Shown here: piece by piece, positions 1 to 8,827 of the stretch
How the letters are laid out: each line of letters opens with the position of its first letter
Position numbering within the stretch: the first letter of the stretch is position 1
NCBI GenBank assembly: GCA_964645535.1
Contig: CAZYCQ010000046.1
Coordinates: forward strand, 1 to 28,044
Origin: an uncultured archaeon
GTDB taxonomy: Archaea; Asgardarchaeota; Heimdallarchaeia; Heimdallarchaeales; Kariarchaeaceae
Direction of reading: 5' to 3'
DNA length: 28,044 bases
Notes under the pieces: generated by a model
The model's input: the letters and a program-made list of their open reading frames with translations, nothing else
The model's database searches: none
What the model was told of the DNA's origin: nothing
Translations under genes and position numbers: made by a program

Positions 1-45
1 CCTATAAATATAAAAATATATCTAAATTTTGTGACAGTTGTATCA

Positions 46-1119
46 TCAATAGCAATACAATGCACGTATCAATCCAAAGGGTCCGGCCATCATCATATTG
101 CCAATGGGATGTACGTATGTACATAGATCAGACGGCAATTTGTGACGGTTCGGTCCGAGAACAACCAATGAGGATGGAGGATTATTATGTAGAACCGCAT
201 CCAAATTGAAAATCTTCAACCCATGACCACCTTTCGCCACAACATCCTGATGAGTCAACGTACCTTGATAAACCGCGGACACGTCAGCAAGAAACTCCTC
301 AGCATGGAATCTTCCAGTATGACCCTCATATACATAAAGAAGATCCCCAAAACGATGGTGGATTGCAGACACATGCCCGTTACCGATATTCACCACCAAT
401 TCCTCTGCATCCGGATTGATTGCCCCCAAAAGAACTGCAGCAGCGGAATCCATGATAAAGACGGTATCCTTGTCGAGATGGGGAAATTCACGGAGGGCGG
501 CATTGACAAGGGATTGGAAACGGGGAAAGGCTGGAGAAACCTGATCACCCTTCATCAGTCGTGATTCAAGAGAAGGCTGATCACCCCAAACCTGTTTCAT
601 TCTGAAATCTTTGGAGGACTCTCCTTTAGGCGCATGTCCATGCTCTTGGGCACAGAGCAAAAGGTAGCGGATTTGATCGGGAGAAATGTCTGAGGATTCA
701 AGAATACCCTTTAGTCTTGCCCATCCGACATCCGAAAGGATTATGTTGGGATCATTGATCTCATCAAGGACGGTTATTCCTTTTGTTCTGACATAATCAA
801 GGTCATATTTCAGTGACATTGCTGCGGATTTGGTCATGTATACGGGGACATCCCGATCATACACCAATTTATGCCAAGGTTCACCTGCCATGAGGTCGCC
901 TGCGATACGCAATTCCTTGCCTGTATATTTTCTGATCCGTTCGGTGATGAGTTGCGTCATTGACGGCAGAACCAATTGAATGGAATTTTCGAAGCTAGAG
1001 CCGACTTGATGGATCAGAACATCTTCAGTGCCCTTTCCGACATCGATTCCAACAATGACGTCACCATCTTCCACTTTCATCAGGGAGACAGGAATACTTC
1101 CGCATATATAGGTTGTCAC
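46..1119 (-). CDS. DUF1786 family protein (ASKHA/actin-like ATPase fold, function unknown)
   Basis: GIDVGKGTEDVL (phosphate-1-like), ENSIQLVLPS, QEHG, MDSAAA, VNIGNGH (phosphate-2-like), YEGHT, GGHG and C-terminal GNMMMAGPFGL match the DUF1786 pattern. The GTG start overlaps the MutY stop (GTGA); the ATG at 1080 is an alternative start. Confidence 0.8.
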   Translation of the reverse strand: MTTYICGSIPVSLMKVEDGDVIVGIDVGKGTEDVLIHQVGSSFENSIQLVLPSMTQLITERIRKYTGKELRIAGDLMAGEPWHKLVYDRDVPVYMTKSAAMSLKYDLDYVRTKGITVLDEINDPNIILSDVGWARLKGILESSDISPDQIRYLLLCAQEHGHAPKGESSKDFRMKQVWGDQPSLESRLMKGDQVSPAFPRFQSLVNAALREFPHLDKDTVFIMDSAAAVLLGAINPDAEELVVNIGNGHVSAIHHRFGDLLYVYEGHTGRFHAEEFLADVSAVYQGTLTHQDVVAKGGHGLKIFNLDAVLHNNPPSSLVVLGPNRHKLPSDLCTYVHPIGNMMMAGPFGLIRALYCY

Positions 1120-1889
1120 ATGACACGATACAATCCATCTTGGTAGGAGATGAGTCCTTCAGCACACATTTTCTGGAGAATTGGCAGAAGGTGCCGTTCA
1201 TTTGCCTCCAGCATTTGACAGAGATCAGAAAGGTTTTGGGGGCGATTGAGAAGGAGTTTGAGGATTTTGCCCCGGAAGAACCTTGAAGATTTTTCGTAGG
1301 GGGATTGACGTCCTGTTGAACGAATCCCTGACTTTCGCGCAGTGACTATTTTGCTCCCGTAGTCCATAAGTGCATTGTGCCAGTCGCGGGAGCGACCTTG
1401 GGGTACCAAACGATCGGCAATCTGAAACAGTTCCTTTTGAGGGGTAGCTTCAGTGGCGAACCCTTCCACGATGAACACTCTTCGGATATTGGTATCTACT
1501 GTCCCGAAATCTTTGTTGAAGGCGAAGATGGGAATTGATCGCGACGTGTAGGGACCAATCCCCTTGAGTCGGATGAGTTCTTTGGGATCATCAGGAAAGT
1601 ATCCCCAATCAAGAAGGGTTTTGGCGGCCTCTTGCAAGTGCAATGCTCGGCGGTTGTAGCCGAGTCCTGACCAAAGTCGGAGGACTTGGAGCTGGGAGGC
1701 TTGAGCTAGGCTTTCAAGGGTAGGAAAGGTCTTGATGAAGGAGAGATATTTTGGGATCACCCGCGATGCCTGAGTCTGCTGTAGCATGATCTCGCTGACC
1801 ATGACACGATATGGATCGGTGGTTTTTCGCCAAGGGTAGTCCATTTTGTTTTCTTTCCACCATGAAAAGATACGATCATGGATTTCCAC
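1116..1889 (-). CDS. mutY: MutY-like A/G-specific adenine DNA glycosylase (HhH-GPD), lacking the 4Fe-4S motif, with a short C-terminal wHTH-like domain
   Basis: PWR..TDPY.V.VSEIMLQQT, WSGLGYNRRA..L, HhH LKGIGPYT, VDTNIRRV, NALMDYG. The ORF is open to 1991 (TTG). GTG 1889 was chosen because it avoids overlap with the divergent flippase; the start is uncertain. Confidence 0.85.
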   Translation of the reverse strand: MEIHDRIFSWWKENKMDYPWRKTTDPYRVMVSEIMLQQTQASRVIPKYLSFIKTFPTLESLAQASQLQVLRLWSGLGYNRRALHLQEAAKTLLDWGYFPDDPKELIRLKGIGPYTSRSIPIFAFNKDFGTVDTNIRRVFIVEGFATEATPQKELFQIADRLVPQGRSRDWHNALMDYGSKIVTARKSGIRSTGRQSPYEKSSRFFRGKILKLLLNRPQNLSDLCQMLEANERHLLPILQKMCAEGLISYQDGLYRVM

Positions 1890-1946
1890 AGATGTGAGGA
1901 GATTTTCCGACTTATGAAAGCTGAGGTCGGTGCTTATATGGGATGG

Positions 1947-1952
1947 TTTATA
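1947..1952 (+). promoter_or_regulatory. Candidate archaeal TATA box for the flippase gene
   Basis: TTTATA about 24 nt upstream of the in-frame GTG at 1976, in a divergent intergenic region. Confidence 0.35.
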
Positions 1953-1975
1953 GTTGTCAATCCCTTGTGGGAATT

Positions 1976-3448
1976 GTGGACAATGAGCCAAGGCTGTCCC
2001 GGAAATACCGGGATTTCATGATAAGCGGGGGCATGAGGGTGATTGCCACGCGTTTTTTCAGTCTGCTGTATACGTATATTGTTGCAAGGTTGATTGTCAA
2101 GGATGAGATGGACATATTGGTCATTCTTGCCTCGACACAGATGATCTTGGTTCTGTTCAGCACCTATGGGCTCAGATTTTCTGCGGTTCATTTCGGCTTG
2201 GGCAAGCATAGGGTTGAAGGAGGCACGGCTCTGCCTTTCCAAGTGACACTTTATGTCGGGCTTCCTTCGATGCTTCTGCTGACGGAGGTGGTTGTGATTC
2301 TCATGGAATTGGCGTTCGGTCAGGCAAGTGTCTTCCATCCATTGATGGCAGATAGCGGATTGCATTTGGCATTCCTTTTCTCGAATGCCATGGCCATATT
2401 ATTGGAAGGGATCACCAAGGTGCAGGTTGCCCTGCTGAATGTCGACAAGGAGGCTGGACTGCGAGCCCTGTATTCCGTGACAAACAGCATTTTTGTCCCT
2501 TTGGCATATTACATCCAACCGGGAGTGACATCCGTGGTCTGGACATGGGGAATATTGATGGCATTGACCACTGCGGTGGGGATCTGGATCCTTCCCGATC
2601 GGAAGAGCCTGGTTCGGATCCGTGCACATGAGATTTGGAAAATCATCCGTTTTGGCTTTGCATACAATTTGACCTCGGTTCTGGTGGTATTTTCAGGATA
2701 TTACGATCAATTCATTATTGCCTTGAATTTTGATCCGGGTGTTCTTACAGACTATTACTGGCCACAGCGCATTGCCCTGATCGGAACCGAGGTTTTTGCT
2801 GTCGTAATGACTGGGCTCTTTCCCCTTTTGACGAAGTTGGAGGCAGAACATGGAAAAGAGGTTGCCATCAAGAGGTTCCGGGTCATGTACAAGTTGATCG
2901 CATACGGGGCATCCATCTTCTTTACAGGACTTCTGGTCACTTCGGACCTTGCAGTTCATCTTCTTTTGGGGGACAATTATGCCGCAAGTGTGGAATATCT
3001 TCAGCTGTTTGCCGTCATGGCATGGTTCCAATCAATCAATCAGCTGCTCCGTATTCGTCTCAATGCCTATGGTTCAAGAAGATTGGTGGTCTACACGGAT
3101 CTTCTGGCGGCGTTCACCCGGATGCTTTTGCTGACTCTTGCCAGTTTCCTGTCCATAGAAGCCTTGATCATGGCAAGGATCTTGACGTTCATGGTCATCT
3201 CCACCTATATCCTTTCCTTCAGGAATTTTGTAGGCATTGGTTGGAAATATACGGGATGGTATCTGTTGATCGGGACAATTCATTTCATGATCGGATACGG
3301 GTTGACCCTTTGGATCGCAAATGTTTGGATCAGGATCGGCATTGGATTGCTGGTTACCTTCTTCTCTGTTGGAATGGCTCTTAAATTCAAGTTCATAGGC
3401 AGGGAGGAAAGGTTGCTGATCAGGAGAATCATTGATCGAAGAGTCTAA
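1976..3448 (+). CDS. MOP-superfamily oligosaccharide/polysaccharide flippase (Wzx/RfbX-like)
   Basis: About 12-14 hydrophobic segments; N-terminal 'YIVARLI'; central 'IIRFGFAY...YYDQFII...YYWPQRI...GLFPLLT'; 'LLLGDNY..SV..LQL'. The ORF is open from 1943; GTG 1976 or ATG 2018 is the more likely start. Confidence 0.8.
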   Translation: MDNEPRLSRKYRDFMISGGMRVIATRFFSLLYTYIVARLIVKDEMDILVILASTQMILVLFSTYGLRFSAVHFGLGKHRVEGGTALPFQVTLYVGLPSMLLLTEVVVILMELAFGQASVFHPLMADSGLHLAFLFSNAMAILLEGITKVQVALLNVDKEAGLRALYSVTNSIFVPLAYYIQPGVTSVVWTWGILMALTTAVGIWILPDRKSLVRIRAHEIWKIIRFGFAYNLTSVLVVFSGYYDQFIIALNFDPGVLTDYYWPQRIALIGTEVFAVVMTGLFPLLTKLEAEHGKEVAIKRFRVMYKLIAYGASIFFTGLLVTSDLAVHLLLGDNYAASVEYLQLFAVMAWFQSINQLLRIRLNAYGSRRLVVYTDLLAAFTRMLLLTLASFLSIEALIMARILTFMVISTYILSFRNFVGIGWKYTGWYLLIGTIHFMIGYGLTLWIANVWIRIGIGLLVTFFSVGMALKFKFIGREERLLIRRIIDRRV

Positions 3449-4158
3449 TCCCGAATACGAACATCCAATCCGGAAGAGTTTTCCTTGAGCCATGTATCAA
3501 GTTCCTTGCGATTGGGAATGTATTTGGTGACGGTTGCCCAGAATAGCTTGCTGTGGTTTCTTATTCGCAGGTGCACCAATTCATGGACGAGTACAAGATC
3601 GATCACTTCAGGAGGGGCGAGACCAAGCTTCCAATTGAAGCGAAGCGAGTTGTCTGACAGGCAGGCCGCCCATTTGCGTTTGTATTCCCTGACTGAGAGT
3701 CCTTTTGGGAAATCCAGTCCCTTGGAGACAAAAAACGGGATTCTTGTCTCCAGATATTGAAGCAACTGTTGTGCATAGAAATCTTTCAGCTTTTGGGCAA
3801 GAAACTTTTTGGTGGCGCGGGGATGTCTTTGAAGATGGAGGATTTCACCTTTCAACTCGAATTGGGTTTTGGATCCGCTTGTCACGATCATGCGACATTC
3901 TTTTCCGAGAATGGGAAGGACATCATCTTTGGCAAATGAGATTTCAGGAGGGAGGGGGCGTTCACGATGTTTTCGTACATGCTTGAGAACCCATTCCTTT
4001 TTCTCAACAAGGTAAGTCTCAGCATAATCCGCAGGAAGGGATTGAGGCATCCTGACTTCCACGGAATCACCCAAGACCACCAGAGAAACGCGGGTCCTGC
4101 GAGGGGAATGTTTGACGACATAGGAGATTGCCGTTCCATCAAGTTGAATCGTGGGCAC
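3445..4158 (-). CDS. YgjP/DUF45 (M48/SprT-like) zinc-dependent hydrolase
   Basis: N-terminal 'YVVKHSPRRTRVSL..VEVRMP', 'KRKWAAC....LRFNWKL..AP..VID.V.VHELVH....NHS..FW'. Confidence 0.9.
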   Translation of the reverse strand: MPTIQLDGTAISYVVKHSPRRTRVSLVVLGDSVEVRMPQSLPADYAETYLVEKKEWVLKHVRKHRERPLPPEISFAKDDVLPILGKECRMIVTSGSKTQFELKGEILHLQRHPRATKKFLAQKLKDFYAQQLLQYLETRIPFFVSKGLDFPKGLSVREYKRKWAACLSDNSLRFNWKLGLAPPEVIDLVLVHELVHLRIRNHSKLFWATVTKYIPNRKELDTWLKENSSGLDVRIRD

Positions 4159-4189
4159 CGATTGTATCTTGTTTTTTTATCTTTATAGG

Positions 4190-4552
4190 CTATTCTTTTT
4201 GCAACGTCCGTTTCAGTTTTTCTGTCAAGGTGTTCATGGAACTGTCCTCGATGGGGAAGCGTTGCTCGTTCAGTTGCATTTTCTCCAGAAATGCCTGCTT
4301 CAGGTCGATACCGGAAATGTTTGCAAGTGAAAGAAGATAGATGAAAATGTCAGCGAGTTCACCGGTCAGTGCCTGCCGAAACTCTGGCATCTGTACCGCC
4401 TGTCGGCTCTCCTCAATGGTCAGCCATTGGAACAGCTCCATCAACTCTGCCGCTTCAATGGCTATGGACATTGAGAGATTCTTTGGGGAATGGAATTGAA
4501 TCCAGTTTCTTTGTTCAAGGAAATTATGTAGAACACGTACCAAGTCTTCCAT
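4190..4552 (-). CDS. MazG-like nucleotide pyrophosphohydrolase (dCTP pyrophosphatase-like)
   Basis: R.W.QFHSPKNL.MSIAIEAAEL.E.FQW ... ELADIFIYL..LA....IDL..AF.EKM..NE.RFP. Confidence 0.92.
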   Translation of the reverse strand: MEDLVRVLHNFLEQRNWIQFHSPKNLSMSIAIEAAELMELFQWLTIEESRQAVQMPEFRQALTGELADIFIYLLSLANISGIDLKQAFLEKMQLNEQRFPIEDSSMNTLTEKLKRTLQKE

Positions 4553-4573
4553 AGAGCCATGTAGGGAGTAACT

Positions 4574-5719
4574 TTAATCAAAAATTCGTTTCAGGACATC
4601 CATGGAGGCATTGATGATATGATAATCACCTTCCTTCAATCGGTTGCCATCGATGTCCACCCCTTCCAAAGAACCGGGATTGATGGATTGGACAATTTCC
4701 GAGGGAATGAACAGTGTCAGGACTGCGAGGGTTTTGCCATGGAAACGGGGGTCTTTGAATTCACCTTCCATCAGAACAGGAATGGCAAGTCCAATAAAGG
4801 TATTTTTCAGGTGAATGGCAAAGAGGCTGGGATGAAGTAAGGAAAAGTCGGTTGTTTCATGACCGAAACCTGCAATGGAGACCACGGTGGCAGCCAATTG
4901 ATCTATGATTTCCTGTGAGAGGTCTTGTCTTTCTGCAAATTGATCAGAGACCTGCATTGCTTCAGGACCCATATCCGCCATTCTGAAAAGCATCCAACCT
5001 ACAATTCCGTCTTCTAGGAAACCTTGATAGGCAGGAAGAGAAGGAAAACGCTGAATAAAATAGACAACCAAGACAAGGGAGAATAGGCTGATGGCAATGA
5101 CACCAATCTGAATACCGAGATATGTTTTTTCGGACTGGGATAGCAAGGGGAAGCTAATGGTGGATATGATAAGGAGAATTATCATTCCCAACAGGGAAAA
5201 TAACCACTCAAAGGAAGGGAGCTCAAAATAGTCTTTCAGTTGCTGATTTAGACGATAAAGATTTTCCAGAACGACAAGCGAGGAAAGAAATGAGAAGATT
5301 GCGGGAAGGAATAAAATCATGAAATCGGCGGAGAAGGAAGGCTCATTCTCCAAAAATGAGAAAATTTCAGGATATATGCTGCCGGAGATCCCGAAGGAAA
5401 TGAGGATCCCCGCAGAAATGATGGTGGTACGTTGCCAAAATCTCAGCAATCTTGTCTTTTCCGGGAAATTGAATGCCAAAATCACGATTGAGATTCCTAT
5501 CAGCGAGGTACTGAGAGCAAAAAGGGAGATCTGGGCATTTCCTTCGAGCCCATATCCGATACGACCAATGATGCCGGCAAATGTGAGAAGAAAGGAGCTG
5601 AAGACCATGAACAGAATTGAAAAGTGTGACCGAACCAGCAGGAAGACGGTCAGAACTGCATTGATGGTGAAGGAAACCAGAATGGCCAAGACAAAAATAA
5701 GTTCAAATAGAATCATCAT
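4574..5719 (-). CDS. 7-TM membrane protein with C-terminal cytoplasmic longin/uDENN-like domain (pair 1, gene B)
   Basis: Seven hydrophobic segments in aa ~3-222, then a soluble alpha/beta domain starting 'GIVGWMLFRMADMGPEAM'; shares motifs with 5726..6898. The CDS is solid; the fold is inferred. Confidence 0.6.
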   Translation of the reverse strand: MMILFELIFVLAILVSFTINAVLTVFLLVRSHFSILFMVFSSFLLTFAGIIGRIGYGLEGNAQISLFALSTSLIGISIVILAFNFPEKTRLLRFWQRTTIISAGILISFGISGSIYPEIFSFLENEPSFSADFMILFLPAIFSFLSSLVVLENLYRLNQQLKDYFELPSFEWLFSLLGMIILLIISTISFPLLSQSEKTYLGIQIGVIAISLFSLVLVVYFIQRFPSLPAYQGFLEDGIVGWMLFRMADMGPEAMQVSDQFAERQDLSQEIIDQLAATVVSIAGFGHETTDFSLLHPSLFAIHLKNTFIGLAIPVLMEGEFKDPRFHGKTLAVLTLFIPSEIVQSINPGSLEGVDIDGNRLKEGDYHIINASMDVLKRIFD

Positions 5720-5725
5720 AGGTCA

Positions 5726-6898
5726 TCAACTCGCATACACCCTTTGAATGACCGATACGATCAGATCGGTGATCCTTCCCGTTTCAAGAGAATGTTCCAG
5801 CTCGGTCAGTGAGGAGACATGTCGGAAGATACCTCCTTTGATATTCTTTAGATCCTCAATCAGCGGGACATAACCTGTCGGAATGATGATGGTGAAAACC
5901 ACCTGTTGAGGACGGGGGATATGGCAGAGGCTGACCGGGATGGAGATGACGGTGAAATCCGGGTGTGAGGGAAGAGGAAAGATCAGGATAGGGGGATTCT
6001 CAGCATGTTGCAACATAAGCATCATTGTTCCGGCAGATCCAAGAATGACATCAATTTGAAAGCCATAATGGGTCAGGAAATCAGTGGAATAGGCCAGTGG
6101 TTGGGGTATGATATTTTCAACCTTGAAAACGGCCCAGCCGATTTGACCGTTATCCACCAAGATGCGAGTATTGAATCTTTTGAAGTAGAGAATATGCGGA
6201 AATCTGAGTTGGGGATAGGTGACGACAATGAAGACAATGGTGTTGATCAATTCAGCGACAAGAAACGGTTCAAGGGAACCGAGTTTTGCAAAGATGCCTT
6301 GGGACAGAACAAGAAGAACAAAAAGGCCGATAAGCGCATGTCGAGGATGCAATTGCTGTGAAAATCTACCAGGAATGGAAATTGTAGTACCTAGCAGAAA
6401 GATATAGTATGTGACAATGAAGAAGAGAGCTGAAAGAAAGGAAAAGGCGGAGAACAGGGGGGAACGGACAAGGATGATTTTGCCATCAGTACCCACCACG
6501 GATCCGACAATCAGAGAGGAGTGGGAAATGGCACTCAACAGTAGAAAGCCTATAGTAACAGAAAGCAGTGTGTAGGTTGATTTGGCAAAGATTGCCAATC
6601 TGCTGTTATGGCTTCGTCGGTCAAAATGGAAGAGCAATCCAATAAGAACGGAATAGCTGAAAATATCGCCCAAAATGGAGAAAAGGGAAAGTGAATTGCC
6701 GTCAATAGGTAATGGCACTATGAGAAACAGGTTCACGAACACTGAATAGGCATAAAGCGTAAGGAGGAAGAGAAAACGCAAGGCAACAGAATTCCTCGTT
6801 TTGAAGTGTTCCCTCACTAGCAGAATGGCATAGCCACATATGATCAGAAGATTGACCAGCCAAAGGAGGAGGGAGAAAAAGACATTCACAACTCTCAA
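5726..6898 (-). CDS. 7-TM membrane protein with C-terminal cytoplasmic longin/uDENN-like domain (pair 1, gene A)
   Basis: Seven hydrophobic segments, a beta-hairpin-like TM4-TM5 loop (IVGSVVGTDGKIILVR), then 'RFP...LVDNGQIGWAVFKVENIIPQP'; 6 bp from its paralog. Confidence 0.6.
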   Translation of the reverse strand: MRVVNVFFSLLLWLVNLLIICGYAILLVREHFKTRNSVALRFLFLLTLYAYSVFVNLFLIVPLPIDGNSLSLFSILGDIFSYSVLIGLLFHFDRRSHNSRLAIFAKSTYTLLSVTIGFLLLSAISHSSLIVGSVVGTDGKIILVRSPLFSAFSFLSALFFIVTYYIFLLGTTISIPGRFSQQLHPRHALIGLFVLLVLSQGIFAKLGSLEPFLVAELINTIVFIVVTYPQLRFPHILYFKRFNTRILVDNGQIGWAVFKVENIIPQPLAYSTDFLTHYGFQIDVILGSAGTMMLMLQHAENPPILIFPLPSHPDFTVISIPVSLCHIPRPQQVVFTIIIPTGYVPLIEDLKNIKGGIFRHVSSLTELEHSLETGRITDLIVSVIQRVYAS

Positions 6899-6928
6899 GT
6901 TCAGAAAAAAGAAAGGTATTTTTAACTT

Positions 6929-7411
6929 CTATGACGAAGTTCTCCAGAAAACCAAACTGACGCCGAAAAGAGTGTAGCTGGTCACAACAGAGCCCATACA
7001 GTAGAGACAGACCAGTTTGAGAACCGCCACTTGAAGGAAAAGAAGGATGGTCGAGACCAAGAAACCTACAGAAGAAAGGATCAGAAAAAGATTGGAGAGG
7101 GAGAGTCCTTTAGGTTGGATAAAGGCATTCACTTTGGCATCAAAGAAAAGGATTGCAAAGAATGTGAGATAGTACAAAAGACCGAAGAGAGAGATCGGAA
7201 GGCCAAAAATGGTGCTGTATTGCGAGGTGGTGACTTGACCGCAATCGACGGGAATACCGAAGAAGCTTTCAATGAAGGGGGTAGTACAGGCGGCAGGATC
7301 ATTGTAATGGCTGTTCACCAAATAGAGGGTGTCGACAATACCAGCCCCGGAAGCAAGCATAAGCAAGAGTTGAGTTGTCTTATATTTCATGAGTTCATGT
7401 TGGATGTTCAC
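6929..7411 (-). CDS. Vitamin K epoxide reductase (VKOR) family protein
   Basis: Loop cysteines (AAC...DCGQVTTSQYS.IFGLP.S.FG), about 4-5 TM helices, active-site CLYC. Confidence 0.92.
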   Translation of the reverse strand: MNIQHELMKYKTTQLLLMLASGAGIVDTLYLVNSHYNDPAACTTPFIESFFGIPVDCGQVTTSQYSTIFGLPISLFGLLYYLTFFAILFFDAKVNAFIQPKGLSLSNLFLILSSVGFLVSTILLFLQVAVLKLVCLYCMGSVVTSYTLFGVSLVFWRTSS

Positions 7412-7429
7412 TATTTGAACACGTTGGTG

Positions 7430-8116
7430 TCATTTCGTCTCTTTTTTGATTGGGGTATCTTCGGGAGGGGGGGATGAATCGGTCATCTTGAAGTAGATGA
7501 AGATGAGCAGGGAGGCGATAAATCCCGCTTGGACAATGGGATTTCCGAAAAAGTCTCCGAGAAGGCTTGATCCACTGCCTGATGGGTTGCCGACTTTATT
7601 GAGATCGGAGATTCTTTCCGTATTCTCACCGGAAATGTAGGTGTCAATGCCAGTTATCAGGTCGGATAGTGGGGTGAGGCCACGCCAAGAGGTTGCAGGA
7701 TAGCCATTGGTATCGAACAGGATCATGGTGGGTGTTCCTTGAACGTTGTATTTGGTTGAAAAGGCACCTTGAACATCCCGACCAACTTCCCATTTGATCG
7801 GATGATCAACCATGAAGCTCTGGATCTCTTCTACCGTATCCTGCGGAACTGCCAAAGACAGCATGGTCAGGTTGTATTCAGGTTTGCTGGCTCTTAACTC
7901 ATACAGTTGTTCCAGATCTGGATGTTGCTGGATACAGAAATGGCAGTCATGGCGGAAGACCTCAACAAAGAGCCATTTGCCCTGATAGGTGGAAAAGCTT
8001 ACCTGATTGCCGTCGAGATCCAAATAGGAAAGATTGATCTGGTATGACCCTTGGGCAGTAGAGCCCATTGAGGCAAGGATAAGAAAGGCAAGAGGAATGA
8101 CCACAAGATATTTCAT
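7430..8116 (-). CDS. Exported TlpA/ResA-like thioredoxin-fold oxidoreductase with C-terminal membrane anchor
   Basis: Signal peptide; 'DLDGNQVSFS.YQGK...V.VFRHDCHFC' (CxxC); cis-Pro 'YNVQGTPT.ILFD..G'; C-terminal TM (IVQAGFIASLLIFIYF). Confidence 0.85.
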   Translation of the reverse strand: MKYLVVIPLAFLILASMGSTAQGSYQINLSYLDLDGNQVSFSTYQGKWLFVEVFRHDCHFCIQQHPDLEQLYELRASKPEYNLTMLSLAVPQDTVEEIQSFMVDHPIKWEVGRDVQGAFSTKYNVQGTPTMILFDTNGYPATSWRGLTPLSDLITGIDTYISGENTERISDLNKVGNPSGSGSSLLGDFFGNPIVQAGFIASLLIFIYFKMTDSSPPPEDTPIKKETK

Positions 8117-8343
8117 CAGTTTGGAGTGGAAACTTCCAATTTAAAAACCTAGAAGTTCGTCCAATGGGAACCGCGAAACTTTTTCCATGAACTGAAAAAC
8201 AGGCTTTGAGCAGGCTTACCAATGGAAGGAACTAAAGCATCTACAGTTTGGAAAAATTCTGGCATGATCACAACTTAAGGAGAAAAGTTCCGTTCCCTTG
8301 GAAGTAAAGACTAATAAGGTGATGAAAAATGTAATTAAATGAA

Positions 8344-8805
8344 ATGACTGTCAAGAAACAACCGACACTTGCATCCTTGTTGCGGCAGGGCATATCCTTT
8401 GAGGAAATGGAGACACAGGGCTTGGAGACGGATGAATCCTTTCAGACACATCATGAAAGACAGGTGTTTGGATGGATCGGATTTTGGTTGACAATTACCA
8501 TCCTGTCCTATGTAGGTCTATGGATATTTGGAAGAAAAAGACAATTGGTTGATTTCATGAAGTCCGCAACCTTGACGGTCAGCTTTATTCTGATGGGCAT
8601 AGTGGCCATTTTTGGCTATTCCAATTATGTATTGGGTACTAGACCCATCCTACCATTGACGGCATACACTTCAGGAAAGGGTGCCATTGAAGTGGAGGTT
8701 CAGGCACGAGATCAAATGTTCAGCCGTTTTCTGGGTCCTTTGGTCGGTATTGCATTCATTGTCCTGCTTTCGGCCATTGATGTTCTTCTCATGAAGGGAG
8801 GATGA
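8344..8805 (+). CDS. Hypothetical membrane protein (3 TM)
   Basis: 153 aa ATG ORF with a polar N-terminus and three hydrophobic segments; no family recognised. Confidence 0.65.
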   Translation: MTVKKQPTLASLLRQGISFEEMETQGLETDESFQTHHERQVFGWIGFWLTITILSYVGLWIFGRKRQLVDFMKSATLTVSFILMGIVAIFGYSNYVLGTRPILPLTAYTSGKGAIEVEVQARDQMFSRFLGPLVGIAFIVLLSAIDVLLMKGG

Positions 8806-8827
8806 GAATGCAAGAAGTGTGCATTGA

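Noticed and set aside
1-30. TATATCTAAA resembles one arm of an archaeal dif (XerA) site
   Set aside because: No matching opposite arm is visible, and the sequence is cut by the window edge; more likely an AT-rich terminator or promoter region
1976-3448. Flippase as marker of a glycosylation island
   Set aside because: No glycosyltransferase or sugar-nucleotide genes nearby; it stands alone
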